Source: a bacterium
Lineage (GTDB): Bacteria > Patescibacteriota > Minisyncoccia > Minisyncoccales > Minisyncoccaceae
DNA length: 64,000 nt
Reading direction: 5' to 3'
Assembly (NCBI GenBank): GCA_023228085.1
Contig: JALOBW010000004.1
Coordinates: forward strand, 2,070-66,069
Shown: piece by piece, positions 29,068 to 38,700 of the stretch
Position numbering within the stretch: position 1 is the stretch's first letter
How the letters are laid out: each line of letters opens with the position of its first letter
Position numbers and translations under genes: made by a program
The notes under the pieces: model-generated
Databases searched by the model: none
The model's input: the letters and a program-made list of their open reading frames with translations, nothing else
What the model was told of the DNA's origin: nothing

Positions 29068-29640
29068 TTGACTGTATTATCTAGACAGGGTCTTCCTCAA
29101 ACCACTTCTTTAAATGTAAAGAAATGGAAAGTTAAAAGCAGTGGAATGACTAAAGCTACTGCTAAATTTAAGGGTGCCATAAACGTAGATTTAGAGTGGA
29201 AATTAAAATTGGATGCTGACAAGTTTTGTAGGGAATATATGGCAAAGTGTATAGAAGAGGGCATGGGTAAAATAGGGAAAGACATAAAAGATAGAGCTTA
29301 CATGCAGGCCGGTGGAGAAAGAATATACATTGGTGGAATGACAAAATGGCAAAGAATAAAAGCATATTATGCAGCAACTAAACTTTCTCCTCCTGAAAGA
29401 GTTAGAATTGAAACTGGGCTATACAAAAATAACTTCACCCATAAAATTCAATCTACTCATGAAAACTTAAAAACATCACTAACTATTGGCAATCAATACA
29501 AACATGCAGCCTATGTAGAATCAAAAACAGGCAATTTAACTGCTGCAATGCTTTCATTGTGGGTATCCATTTTATACCAAATAGGACTATCTCTAGGCAA
29601 AGCAATGACAACATGGGAATCAAGTAGTAATACTCAATAA
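29068..29640 (+). CDS. neck/tail completion protein (HK97 gp10-like, probable)
   Basis: RIETGLYKNNF...TIGNQYKHAAYVE pattern. Confidence 0.5.
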   Translation: MTVLSRQGLPQTTSLNVKKWKVKSSGMTKATAKFKGAINVDLEWKLKLDADKFCREYMAKCIEEGMGKIGKDIKDRAYMQAGGERIYIGGMTKWQRIKAYYAATKLSPPERVRIETGLYKNNFTHKIQSTHENLKTSLTIGNQYKHAAYVESKTGNLTAAMLSLWVSILYQIGLSLGKAMTTWESSSNTQ

Positions 29641-29655
29641 ATATAAGGAACCAAT

Positions 29656-30033
29656 ATGATGGTAAAACCAATAAAATACAATCCAAATGAATTAGCAATA
29701 TTTATAGACATCAATGATAAAAGTGACTACAGGGGAGCTGCCAACTTTGCTAGGGCAAAATATTGTATAAACATGCACCCAATGTCTTTTAGAATATTCT
29801 ATATAATGGATGAACTGTCTAATGGTAAAATAAAAGAAATTAACTCCTATTTGTTAAATATGAATGGCAAATTTAGAGGGTCGCTAATAAGATCTTGTGA
29901 AGTTGAAGAAATAGCCAATAAGTATAGGAATAAAGTTGCCATAAGTGGATCTGCAATTATAGGCAAGACATCCAATGACAATGATTTACCAAAGATCATA
30001 GGACCATCTGATGAAAAAAAGATCACAGGATAA
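29656..30033 (+). CDS. hypothetical protein
   Basis: AAGGA RBS; 125 aa. Confidence 0.65.
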   Translation: MMVKPIKYNPNELAIFIDINDKSDYRGAANFARAKYCINMHPMSFRIFYIMDELSNGKIKEINSYLLNMNGKFRGSLIRSCEVEEIANKYRNKVAISGSAIIGKTSNDNDLPKIIGPSDEKKITG

Positions 30034-30059
30034 ATCTAGAAGATATCACTACAGAAACA

Positions 30060-32153
30060 ATGAATTTTGGCAAGAAAAATAAAGCAGAAGTTACTATTTC
30101 TATTTTGTGTTTTAATAGGCTAAATGCAACCAAAGATTGTGTTAATAGCATATTGCAATCTAAAACCAAATATGACTACAACATTATCCTTACTGACAAT
30201 GGAAGCTATGACAAGGCAAATAAAGACTTTCTAATTGAAACTTACAAGAATAATGAGAATATTGCACTACTATTGCACAATGGCAACATGGGATTTATAG
30301 ATGGCCACAGAAAGGCATTGGAAATAGCAACTGGAAAATACTTTCTATTACTAAACAATGATATCATTGTATATGATGGATGGTTAGATGATTTAGTAGA
30401 TAAAATTAAAAAAGATAAAAATGCAAAAGCAGTAGGAGTACACCCATGCAAGCTTGATAATAATGGCGTTGGAGGCATAGTATCTAAAACAGACTTTGAC
30501 TATGTGGAAGGTGACTGCCTAATGGTAGAGACTGAATTTATAAAAGAATTTGGTCTATTTTCTCCAAAACTATACTTTATATATTATGAAGATTCAGATT
30601 TATGTTTAAGGCTAAAAGAACATAACTATGGAGTAGCTTATTGTGATACCAACAAAATAGTCCACATTCCAATGGTCAAAGCAATAAATACAAGTAAGGA
30701 TAAAACAAGGCATGTTCATGACAACCAAGAATATTTCAAAAAGAGATGGGGATACTATCTAAAACATAAAACATTTAAAAATGCTAAATATATTATCAAG
30801 AGAAAACATGCGATAGGAGACACCTTATATACTCTACCTATTGCAAAGACATTAAAGGAATTAAATCCTTCTTGTAATATACTACTAGAGACAGATTGCC
30901 CTCAAATAGCAAAAATAATTCCCTATATAGATTCAACAATAGACACTGGGAGCATTAGCTATGATGGATATAATGTATTAGACTGTGATTTTGCACATGA
31001 AAATAACCCAATGACTCCTATATATGAAGCCTTTTGGAAAAGCATTGGCATAAAAGTAAATAGCATAACTCCAGATATCCCAATAAACAATGATGTTAAT
31101 GCTAAATTAAAAGATAAATACAACTTCCCATACATAATAGCTCACTGGGGTCCATCATTTGGATGGGATGGAAGGAATGTTGACAAGGAAACTATTGACT
31201 GTATAAGTAAGCTAATTAAAAATGAAGGTCTAAAGATAATAGAAGTTGGAACTTCAAAGAATTCTAAATACTCTGACTATGTATTGTTGAATCAAGAGTG
31301 GGATGTTGATATAGAACTTGTAAGGAATAGTGCTGGGTTTATAGGAATAGATAGTAGTATTATGCATATTGCTCAAGCACTAGGAACAAAGGGATCTGCC
31401 ATATTTGGATGTGTAGATCCAAAAACAAGGCTAACTGAAAATAGTTCTATTATTGAATATACGGCAGATGCAGTATGTAAATTCTGTTGGAATAAATCTG
31501 AACCACCAAAGACATTTATACAATGCAGAAGGGGAGACAATATTTGCATTAAAAATATAAATCCAATCCAATTTGCAGGAATAGCAGTAAAACATATAAC
31601 CGGCAAAAAGATGAGCAAATTGTTTATAAACAAAAATAATATTAAACTTGAGAACTTAAAAGTAGATTGGGGATGTGGGTTTAGAAAGGAAAAAGGGTAT
31701 GTTGGAATCGACATACAAGATTATGACAATGTTGATATTGTTTGTGATGTTATGGACGTTGATAAACAGAAGCTTCCCAAAGGGTCATGCATAGAAATAA
31801 GGTCATTGCACTTTATAGAGCATCATACATATAAAAATGTAATAAAAATACTAAAGGAATGGAAAGAATTGTTGGCTAATGAAGGAGTTGTTAGAATATT
31901 CTTCCCAGACATGTCTATGCTATCAAGAAAAACCAATGATGCAAGAATGCTAGACTTTTCATTAGGCCAATGGCAAAATCAATATGATGTCCATAAGAGT
32001 TGGTGGACACAGGATTTAATGGTTAAATTTCTTGAAGAAGTAGGATTTAAAAATGTAAAAGCAATACCATATACTGGGCCTTTGCATACAGTTACTAATA
32101 TGGTAAATAGAAAAGAAATATGCTGCACTTCGGGAGTGGAAGGAGAAAAATAA
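30060..32153 (+). CDS. three-domain protein: GT2 glycosyltransferase + GT9 glycosyltransferase + SAM methyltransferase
   Basis: GT2: LTDNGSYD, LLNND, YEDSDLCLR. GT9: AIGDTL, FIGIDSSIMHIAQALG. MTase: VDWGCG, HFIEH. Confidence 0.85.
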   Translation: MNFGKKNKAEVTISILCFNRLNATKDCVNSILQSKTKYDYNIILTDNGSYDKANKDFLIETYKNNENIALLLHNGNMGFIDGHRKALEIATGKYFLLLNNDIIVYDGWLDDLVDKIKKDKNAKAVGVHPCKLDNNGVGGIVSKTDFDYVEGDCLMVETEFIKEFGLFSPKLYFIYYEDSDLCLRLKEHNYGVAYCDTNKIVHIPMVKAINTSKDKTRHVHDNQEYFKKRWGYYLKHKTFKNAKYIIKRKHAIGDTLYTLPIAKTLKELNPSCNILLETDCPQIAKIIPYIDSTIDTGSISYDGYNVLDCDFAHENNPMTPIYEAFWKSIGIKVNSITPDIPINNDVNAKLKDKYNFPYIIAHWGPSFGWDGRNVDKETIDCISKLIKNEGLKIIEVGTSKNSKYSDYVLLNQEWDVDIELVRNSAGFIGIDSSIMHIAQALGTKGSAIFGCVDPKTRLTENSSIIEYTADAVCKFCWNKSEPPKTFIQCRRGDNICIKNINPIQFAGIAVKHITGKKMSKLFINKNNIKLENLKVDWGCGFRKEKGYVGIDIQDYDNVDIVCDVMDVDKQKLPKGSCIEIRSLHFIEHHTYKNVIKILKEWKELLANEGVVRIFFPDMSMLSRKTNDARMLDFSLGQWQNQYDVHKSWWTQDLMVKFLEEVGFKNVKAIPYTGPLHTVTNMVNRKEICCTSGVEGEK

Positions 32154-32848
32154 TGACAAGTATTGATTTTTATCAACCAGCCTATTCCCCAAATGGGGAG
32201 TTCTTAAAGAAAGTTTGCCCATTCTTCTACCATTTTTGGTGTGATTCTTTGTGGCACAATGCAGTTCCAAAAGATACTGCTGGGCTATCTTATTTAGACA
32301 TAGGATGTGCTGATGGACTATATCTACTTAGGTTTATGCAAAGAGGTGGCAAATCAGCCTGCGGAGTTGATCCAAAAATTAAGGCTAGTGGATTTGAATA
32401 TTTAAAAGAACTATATAATCCCATTCAATATATTGGAATAGAAGGATGTGTTAATAAGGAAGGAAATATAATACCAGATGTTGAACCAGCAAATATAGTA
32501 AATTGCATGAACATGATTGAATACACTGACGATCCATATAAATGCTTAGAAACCCTGTTAAACAAAACAATAGATAGGCTAATAGTAACTGTAGATATGG
32601 GGCCAAAGACAGGATATTCAAATAAACTTAATCAATGGTTATTTAATAAAAATGAATTTGTAAGCAAAATACCTTATCCATTTATAGTGTGGGAAGAGAA
32701 TGATTTAACATATCCTCAAATAGCATGTGTAGTTGTTAATAAAACAAATGCAATACAGCCTATGCCCCCTGGGGCAATACATTGTTCAACGGATATTACT
32801 GAAACTCAAAAGTATTACCTTGAATCAATCGAAGTAGGAAATAAATAA
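32153..32848 (+). CDS. class I SAM-dependent methyltransferase
   Basis: YLDIGCADG, GVD, NMIEYTDDP; start at ATG 32153 overlapping the upstream stop. Confidence 0.75.
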   Translation: MTSIDFYQPAYSPNGEFLKKVCPFFYHFWCDSLWHNAVPKDTAGLSYLDIGCADGLYLLRFMQRGGKSACGVDPKIKASGFEYLKELYNPIQYIGIEGCVNKEGNIIPDVEPANIVNCMNMIEYTDDPYKCLETLLNKTIDRLIVTVDMGPKTGYSNKLNQWLFNKNEFVSKIPYPFIVWEENDLTYPQIACVVVNKTNAIQPMPPGAIHCSTDITETQKYYLESIEVGNK

Positions 32849-33615
32849 TGCTACCAGAACAATGCCAATTTATAGTTCTTGCTGGAGTAAATAAATGTGG
32901 AACTTCATCTTTGGCTTATGCACTAAAAAAACATCCAAATATATATCTAGCAAATGGTAAAGAGCCAGCATTCTTTGTAGAGGATAGGTTTTTTGATTCA
33001 CAGGGCAAGGTCAATGAAGTTGACTTAAGTAATTACCATTTCTATGTATATAAGTTCTTTGAGAGTGTAACACATTACCTTGATGCTTCTACGATATATT
33101 CTGGATTCCCAAAATGTATGAAGAGGATAATGGAATATAGATCAGATGCTAAAATAGTTATTGTATTTAGAAATCCAATAAATAGAGCATATTCTGCATG
33201 GTGGCATTTTGCAAGTGACGGGAAATCAGAAAAACATTCATTCCATGATGCAATAATTAACGAAGCAAAGTACTGTATGGAAGCAAAAGACTTAGGATAT
33301 TCCCTCAGATCTTATGTATCAAGAGGATTTTATTCCAATACCATAAGGATGATTTGGAGATACTTTGATAAATCACAAGTATTGCCAATAAAATTTGAGA
33401 GCATGGTTGCAAACAAACAAGAAACTTTAAATAGTATATTTAACTTTATAGGAGTAGAGCAGGTAGAATTAGAATTTGGGCATAAGTTGAAAAGTGCCTA
33501 TCCTTGCCCGATGAGCGATGAAGACAAGGAATATTTAAAATATGTTTATGAATACTCAATAAAAGATTTAGAAAGAATGTTGAGTTGGGACTGTAGTGAT
33601 TGGCTATCAACTTAA
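32848..33615 (+). CDS. PAPS-dependent sulfotransferase
   Basis: 5'-PSB loop GVNKCGTSSL, KEPAFF, 3'-PB FRNPINRAYSAW, SRGFY. Confidence 0.9.
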   Translation: MLPEQCQFIVLAGVNKCGTSSLAYALKKHPNIYLANGKEPAFFVEDRFFDSQGKVNEVDLSNYHFYVYKFFESVTHYLDASTIYSGFPKCMKRIMEYRSDAKIVIVFRNPINRAYSAWWHFASDGKSEKHSFHDAIINEAKYCMEAKDLGYSLRSYVSRGFYSNTIRMIWRYFDKSQVLPIKFESMVANKQETLNSIFNFIGVEQVELEFGHKLKSAYPCPMSDEDKEYLKYVYEYSIKDLERMLSWDCSDWLST

Positions 33616-33630
33616 TATCAAGAGAGGTCA

Positions 33631-34269
33631 TTGAAGATGATAACGGAAAAGCTATTAAGATGTTCTATTAAATCAGCAGAATTAGAGCAATCAAGAATCA
33701 ACGAAAAAGTAATGGGAATAGGAGGATTTACTTCTAACAAAGTAAGGCATTTTTTGAACAATATCTGTGGTGTACTACCATTCCACTATCTAGAAGTTGG
33801 AACCCATCATGGCTCAACAATAATAGCAGCTTCATTTAGGAATCATGGTAAATATACAGGAATAGATGATTTTTCACAGTTTCAGGGAAGGGAGAAGGTC
33901 CTCTTTGATAACATAAATCAATTTAATGGACTATGCAATATTAAATTTATCAATGGGAACTCTTTTAGTAAAGAAGTTATTGACCAAATAGACAATAATA
34001 GCATAGAAGTATATTTCTATGATGGAGACCATTCCTATGAATCGCAATATAAAGCACTTGTTGATTATATTGGTAAGATGAATAAAAAGTTCTGCTTTAT
34101 AGTTGATGACTGGAATTGGGAAGGCCCAAGAAATGGAACCAATGATGCTATTAGCTTCCTTGAATTAAAAACAGTATATAAAGAAGAGTTATTTACCCCA
34201 AATTATGAAAATGGAAGGGCAGATAGCTGGTGGAACGGACTGGGAATATTTATATTGGAGAGACAATAG
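33631..34269 (+). CDS. class I SAM methyltransferase (Methyltransf_24-like)
   Basis: YLEVGTHHGST, FYDGDHSYE, IVDDWNW. Confidence 0.85.
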   Translation: MKMITEKLLRCSIKSAELEQSRINEKVMGIGGFTSNKVRHFLNNICGVLPFHYLEVGTHHGSTIIAASFRNHGKYTGIDDFSQFQGREKVLFDNINQFNGLCNIKFINGNSFSKEVIDQIDNNSIEVYFYDGDHSYESQYKALVDYIGKMNKKFCFIVDDWNWEGPRNGTNDAISFLELKTVYKEELFTPNYENGRADSWWNGLGIFILERQ

Positions 34270-34271
34270 AC

Positions 34272-35069
34272 ATGGCCAAACTAGGAGGATCAATATTTAC
34301 ACATAACTGCATTAAGTATGATTATTGCTTTAAAGAATCTATTAGAAGCCTATGTGGAGTTTGCGATGAAGTTGTATGCTTAGACGCTGAAAGTGATGAT
34401 GGAACACTTGAAGAGCTTAAAGTATTACGAGGTGAACTGCCAAATCTAAAAATAATACAAGATAAATGGGAACAGCACATAGAAGGAAGCCCTGGATATG
34501 ACAGGCTTTGCATATTAGCAAACAAGGCAAGGGAGGAATTAAGCACTGAATGGCATTTCATGCTTCAGGCAGATGAAGTTATACATGAAAGTTCTCATGA
34601 TCATATAAGAGAATTTATTGATAGCCCAAATATTAGTTCAGTTGTTTGCTTGAGATATAATATATATGGAGACTTTGATCATTATGTTAAATTAACTAGT
34701 GCAAAGAAGCCATGTGGAGACTTTATAGTCAGATTAGCAAGAAAGTCATGCCGAGTAGTTGGAGACGCAGAGTCTATAATGATGCATCCTGTAGTATATA
34801 GAGATGAACCGCAGTCAGCTATAAAAATATTTCACTATGGAATGGTAAGACATCCATATATTTTTGTTGACAAAGTAATAGATATGCAAAAATGGTTTTT
34901 TGGAGTTCCAGATTATAGATTTGTTCAATACAAATCAGATGGAAATAGGTGGAATCCATTAGACATCATACCAAAAGAAGAACTTAATGCCCTTAAAATT
35001 AACCATCCAAGCATAGTTTCTAATTGGATAGAAAAGAGAAGATCTTTTTATAACATAAATATGGTATAA
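34272..35069 (+). CDS. GT2-family glycosyltransferase
   Basis: CDEVVCLDAESDDGT, FMLQADE, IFHYG; GGAG RBS before ATG 34272. Confidence 0.8.
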   Translation: MAKLGGSIFTHNCIKYDYCFKESIRSLCGVCDEVVCLDAESDDGTLEELKVLRGELPNLKIIQDKWEQHIEGSPGYDRLCILANKAREELSTEWHFMLQADEVIHESSHDHIREFIDSPNISSVVCLRYNIYGDFDHYVKLTSAKKPCGDFIVRLARKSCRVVGDAESIMMHPVVYRDEPQSAIKIFHYGMVRHPYIFVDKVIDMQKWFFGVPDYRFVQYKSDGNRWNPLDIIPKEELNALKINHPSIVSNWIEKRRSFYNINMV

Positions 35070-35121
35070 TTAAAATATGACTATAACTTAACATTATATA
35101 AACCTACTAAAAGGAAACATT

Positions 35122-35271
35122 ATGCCGTGGAAAAGCAAAAAACAAATGGCCTGGGGAAATTCAAAATCCGGGAGAGAATCTATGGGAGAAAAGAAAGTAA
35201 GTGAATTTAATAAGGCTACTAAGGGCAAGAAATTGCCTAAAAAAATTAAAAAAACAAAGAAAGGCAAATAA
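35122..35271 (+). CDS. small Lys-rich protein (49 aa), not in the ORF track
   Basis: AAGGA RBS; MPWKSKKQMAWGNSKSGRESMGEKKVSEFNKATKGKKLPKKIKKTKKGK*. Confidence 0.75.
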   Translation: MPWKSKKQMAWGNSKSGRESMGEKKVSEFNKATKGKKLPKKIKKTKKGK

Positions 35272-35272
35272 T

Positions 35273-35623
35273 ATGAAAAAGGTATTTTTAGCATCAATGC
35301 TTATAATGTCAATTTGTGGAATAGCATATTCATCAGTTTTCCTTGAATGCAATCCAATACCTCAAAGCCAAAATGATCCAAGCAATCTAGTGGATCATTA
35401 CATTATAACCATAGATGGGTTAAGCAACATTGTATTGCCAATAAAGGATGAAACTGCTTGCACTGCAAAGTTTAAATATGAGTTAACCGGGATATCACTT
35501 GGAGATCATTCTATTTTCATTAAGACTGTTAATTATTTTGGGGTTGAAAGCGACCCTTTCGAGTTCTCTTGTCCTGTAGAGAAACCGGACTCTCCTTCTG
35601 GCGTAAAGATAGTGGCAGAATAA
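35273..35623 (+). CDS. secreted small beta-sandwich (FN3/Ig-like) protein
   Basis: Signal peptide MKKVFLASMLIMSICGIAYS; beta-strand pattern; C-terminal KPDSPSGVKI. Confidence 0.65.
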   Translation: MKKVFLASMLIMSICGIAYSSVFLECNPIPQSQNDPSNLVDHYIITIDGLSNIVLPIKDETACTAKFKYELTGISLGDHSIFIKTVNYFGVESDPFEFSCPVEKPDSPSGVKIVAE

Positions 35624-35647
35624 AAGAGATAAGGGAATTTGAATATT

Positions 35648-35770
35648 ATGTTGTTAATGAATAAAACTTTAAAATATACCAAAGATTGTGGATTCGTTTT
35701 AATTGGAGTTCTCTGGTATTTTTTAAGAAATATTTCAGGTAATAATTACTTTGGTTGGAATGGAGATTGA
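35648..35770 (+). CDS. possible 40-aa membrane peptide
   Basis: MLLMNKTLKYTKDCGFVLIGVLWYFLRNISGNNYFGWNGD*; fills the gap; weak RBS. Confidence 0.35.
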   Translation: MLLMNKTLKYTKDCGFVLIGVLWYFLRNISGNNYFGWNGD

Positions 35771-35779
35771 GAGGATAGC

Positions 35780-38700
35780 ATGAACAGGCTTTCACAGACC
35801 AATATCGTGATACTTTTCTCCGTTATTGCTATCCTCTCAATTTGCTCTATTGGATATCCAGAAGATTACTGGGTATATGTCACTACTACAGATGATTATT
35901 CCTCTTCTGAAGGGTCTAACTCTCAAAAAGGTGACATGGTTGATGCTATACCTGCAAGCATCTATACTCCGACAACCGAAGAAAAGAAATTGTGGGCTAT
36001 TTTTAAAGTGTCTGGAACGACAAAAGAAGAACTTGAATTTTACAAACAGCCTGGCTATAAGTCAGTTGACACTTCAAAAGGATATAGCTGGTACAGAAAA
36101 CACAAACTCGACATAAAATCTCTTGGATTAGAAACAAAGGGAGTTAGAGAAGGAACTTTTAATTGGTCGTACGTAAAATCCAAAATATCTGAAAAAACCA
36201 ATACTGATTTAGCACAATGGAGAGACAATCATAATTATCAAGTAAAAATAGATTACTGGATGTCATATCTTAAGGTATTTGAAACAGTTAAAGCATGGGC
36301 TACTTCTACAGTAGTTAAGACTGTTAATAAAACAAGTGGTGATTACAATACTCTGACCCTTTGGGAGGATGCAACTGACAATGATTCCCTAATTACAGCA
36401 GACGAAATTAGAGTAGCCGAATGCTATGATGATTTGAATAATGGTATTTTAGACGACAGAACAGCCTTTAGTATAACTGGAACATACATAGATTCTACTC
36501 ATTACCGTGATGTCTATGCTCCTTCTGGACAGAGGCATAATGGCATAGAAGATAACTCTGCAAATCCTTCTGGTTTCTGTATTGACCCATCAACTAATGG
36601 AAGTGTAATTATAATTTATGAAAGTTATATTAGATTTCATGACATCCGTATTAAAGGCTGGGGGAATGACGGGTATGGATATACAAGTGCCATTTCGGTT
36701 CAAGAAGGAAATTATGTAAGAATTTATAACAATCTAATTTACAAGCCAAATGGTGGGAACGATAGAGGATATAGGGGAATTTATTTTGCAGATGTACCAA
36801 ATTATCTTTACATTTACAACAATGCTATTATCAATGTATCAGGTAAAAGTGGATATCATGCTTATGGAATTGGATCTTATAATGATAACAATGTTTACAT
36901 AATTGGTAATTCAATTTATAACATTACAGGGTCAAGCGGATCCAGTGCCTATGGCATCCTTTCTGGAAGCACGAAGCATGTAGTATCGAACAATATAGTA
37001 ATTACTTGCACCACAGCTTGTTTTTCTGGAACTTGTGCAGCTTCCTCAAATAACAATATGTCATCTGATACAAGTTCACCTGGAGCTGCTGGAATCGACA
37101 ATGAAACAACTGGTGAATTTACTTCTGTAACTGCTGACTCAGTTGATGTTCACCTTGCTGCCGATGCAAATGCTATTGAAGCTGGATTAGATGCTTCTTC
37201 AACTTTAGGATGCACCGCAAGCTCAACTTGTATTGACTATGTATATAATATAAGACCACAAAGAACTAACTGGGACATGGGATGCCATGAAAAACCACCC
37301 GTTCCTACTCCAACACTAACTATAACAGCAACTGCTACAGCTACAATTACAAGAACTCCAACTTTAACAATTACAAGAACTCCAACCATTACAGTCACAG
37401 CAACAGATACCATGACTCCAACTTTGTCTGCAACTCCTACAATGACTCTTACATTGTCTAATACTCCTACAATGACTGTGACTGAAACCATTACAGCAAC
37501 TCCTTCATATACAGCAACACCTACAGCAACTTGTGTTGAACCTGATAATAGAATCAGAATTGGATTAAATGCTAATTGTGATTATGCTGGTGGATGGGAA
37601 GATACTCATGTTGATAAGCAAAATCCAAATACAAATTATGGAAATGACGAAACAATGGAAGTTCAAACTGTTGCAATGCAAAATGCAGCATATGTTCATT
37701 TCAGATTTAATACTGGAGACTTATATAACTATGTAGATATTACTTCTGCACGTCTTTGGGTTTACATTACAACAGCAAGTTCATTGTTGCCATATAGCCC
37801 AGAATTATATGCTTTAAACCAAGCATGGGTCGAATTACAAGACACCTTTAATATTTACTCAACTGGAAATTCATGGACAGGTTCTGATGGTGGGAATCAG
37901 GACAAAGGTGATTCATATGGTTCAGGGACTTGGTATGCTGGTCCCAAATGGAGAGTAATGGAATTAAATGCTGCATGTATTGCTCAATTAGAATCATCTG
38001 CTGGAACTGGTAATTCAATCGACTTTTTCCTAACAGATGAAGCTGTATTTGGCTCAAATTATACAATGGCAAGTAGTGAAAATACCGATGACTCACGAAG
38101 ACCTTATGTAGAGATTTGCTACCATACTTATATAACACCAACACAAACTTTAACTCCTACAATGACCTTAACATCTACCTTAACACAAACACCAACACTT
38201 TCAGCTACTATAACACAGACAATTACCATTACTCCAGCAACCCCAACGAATACCATGACTCCTACATTATCAAATACTCCTACTCAAACGGTTACAGCAA
38301 CCCAAACACAAACTGCCACTGTCACAGCAACTGCAACTGAAACTCCAGTTCCTACCTGTGGCTCTCATTCAAGAGCAAGATTTGGGGATGGCTCATTCTG
38401 TGAATTTGTGGACTGGGCAGATACTTATGTTGATTTCTCACACCCTACTGCAAACTATGGAACTGATTCTAATTTATGGATAGACCCAGATGGAGCAAAT
38501 ACAAGATATACGCACATCAGGTCTAATATTAGAGCAATCTATCCAGCAACAATAAGTTCAGCAAGGTTATATTTTTATGTATCAGACACTAACTCACAGG
38601 AAATGAATTTAATAACTAAAATATTGAGTTCTGATAATTCAAAGCAATTCAGTGAAATACAAGACACATGGAGACTATATGAAACTGGTCATTCATGGGA

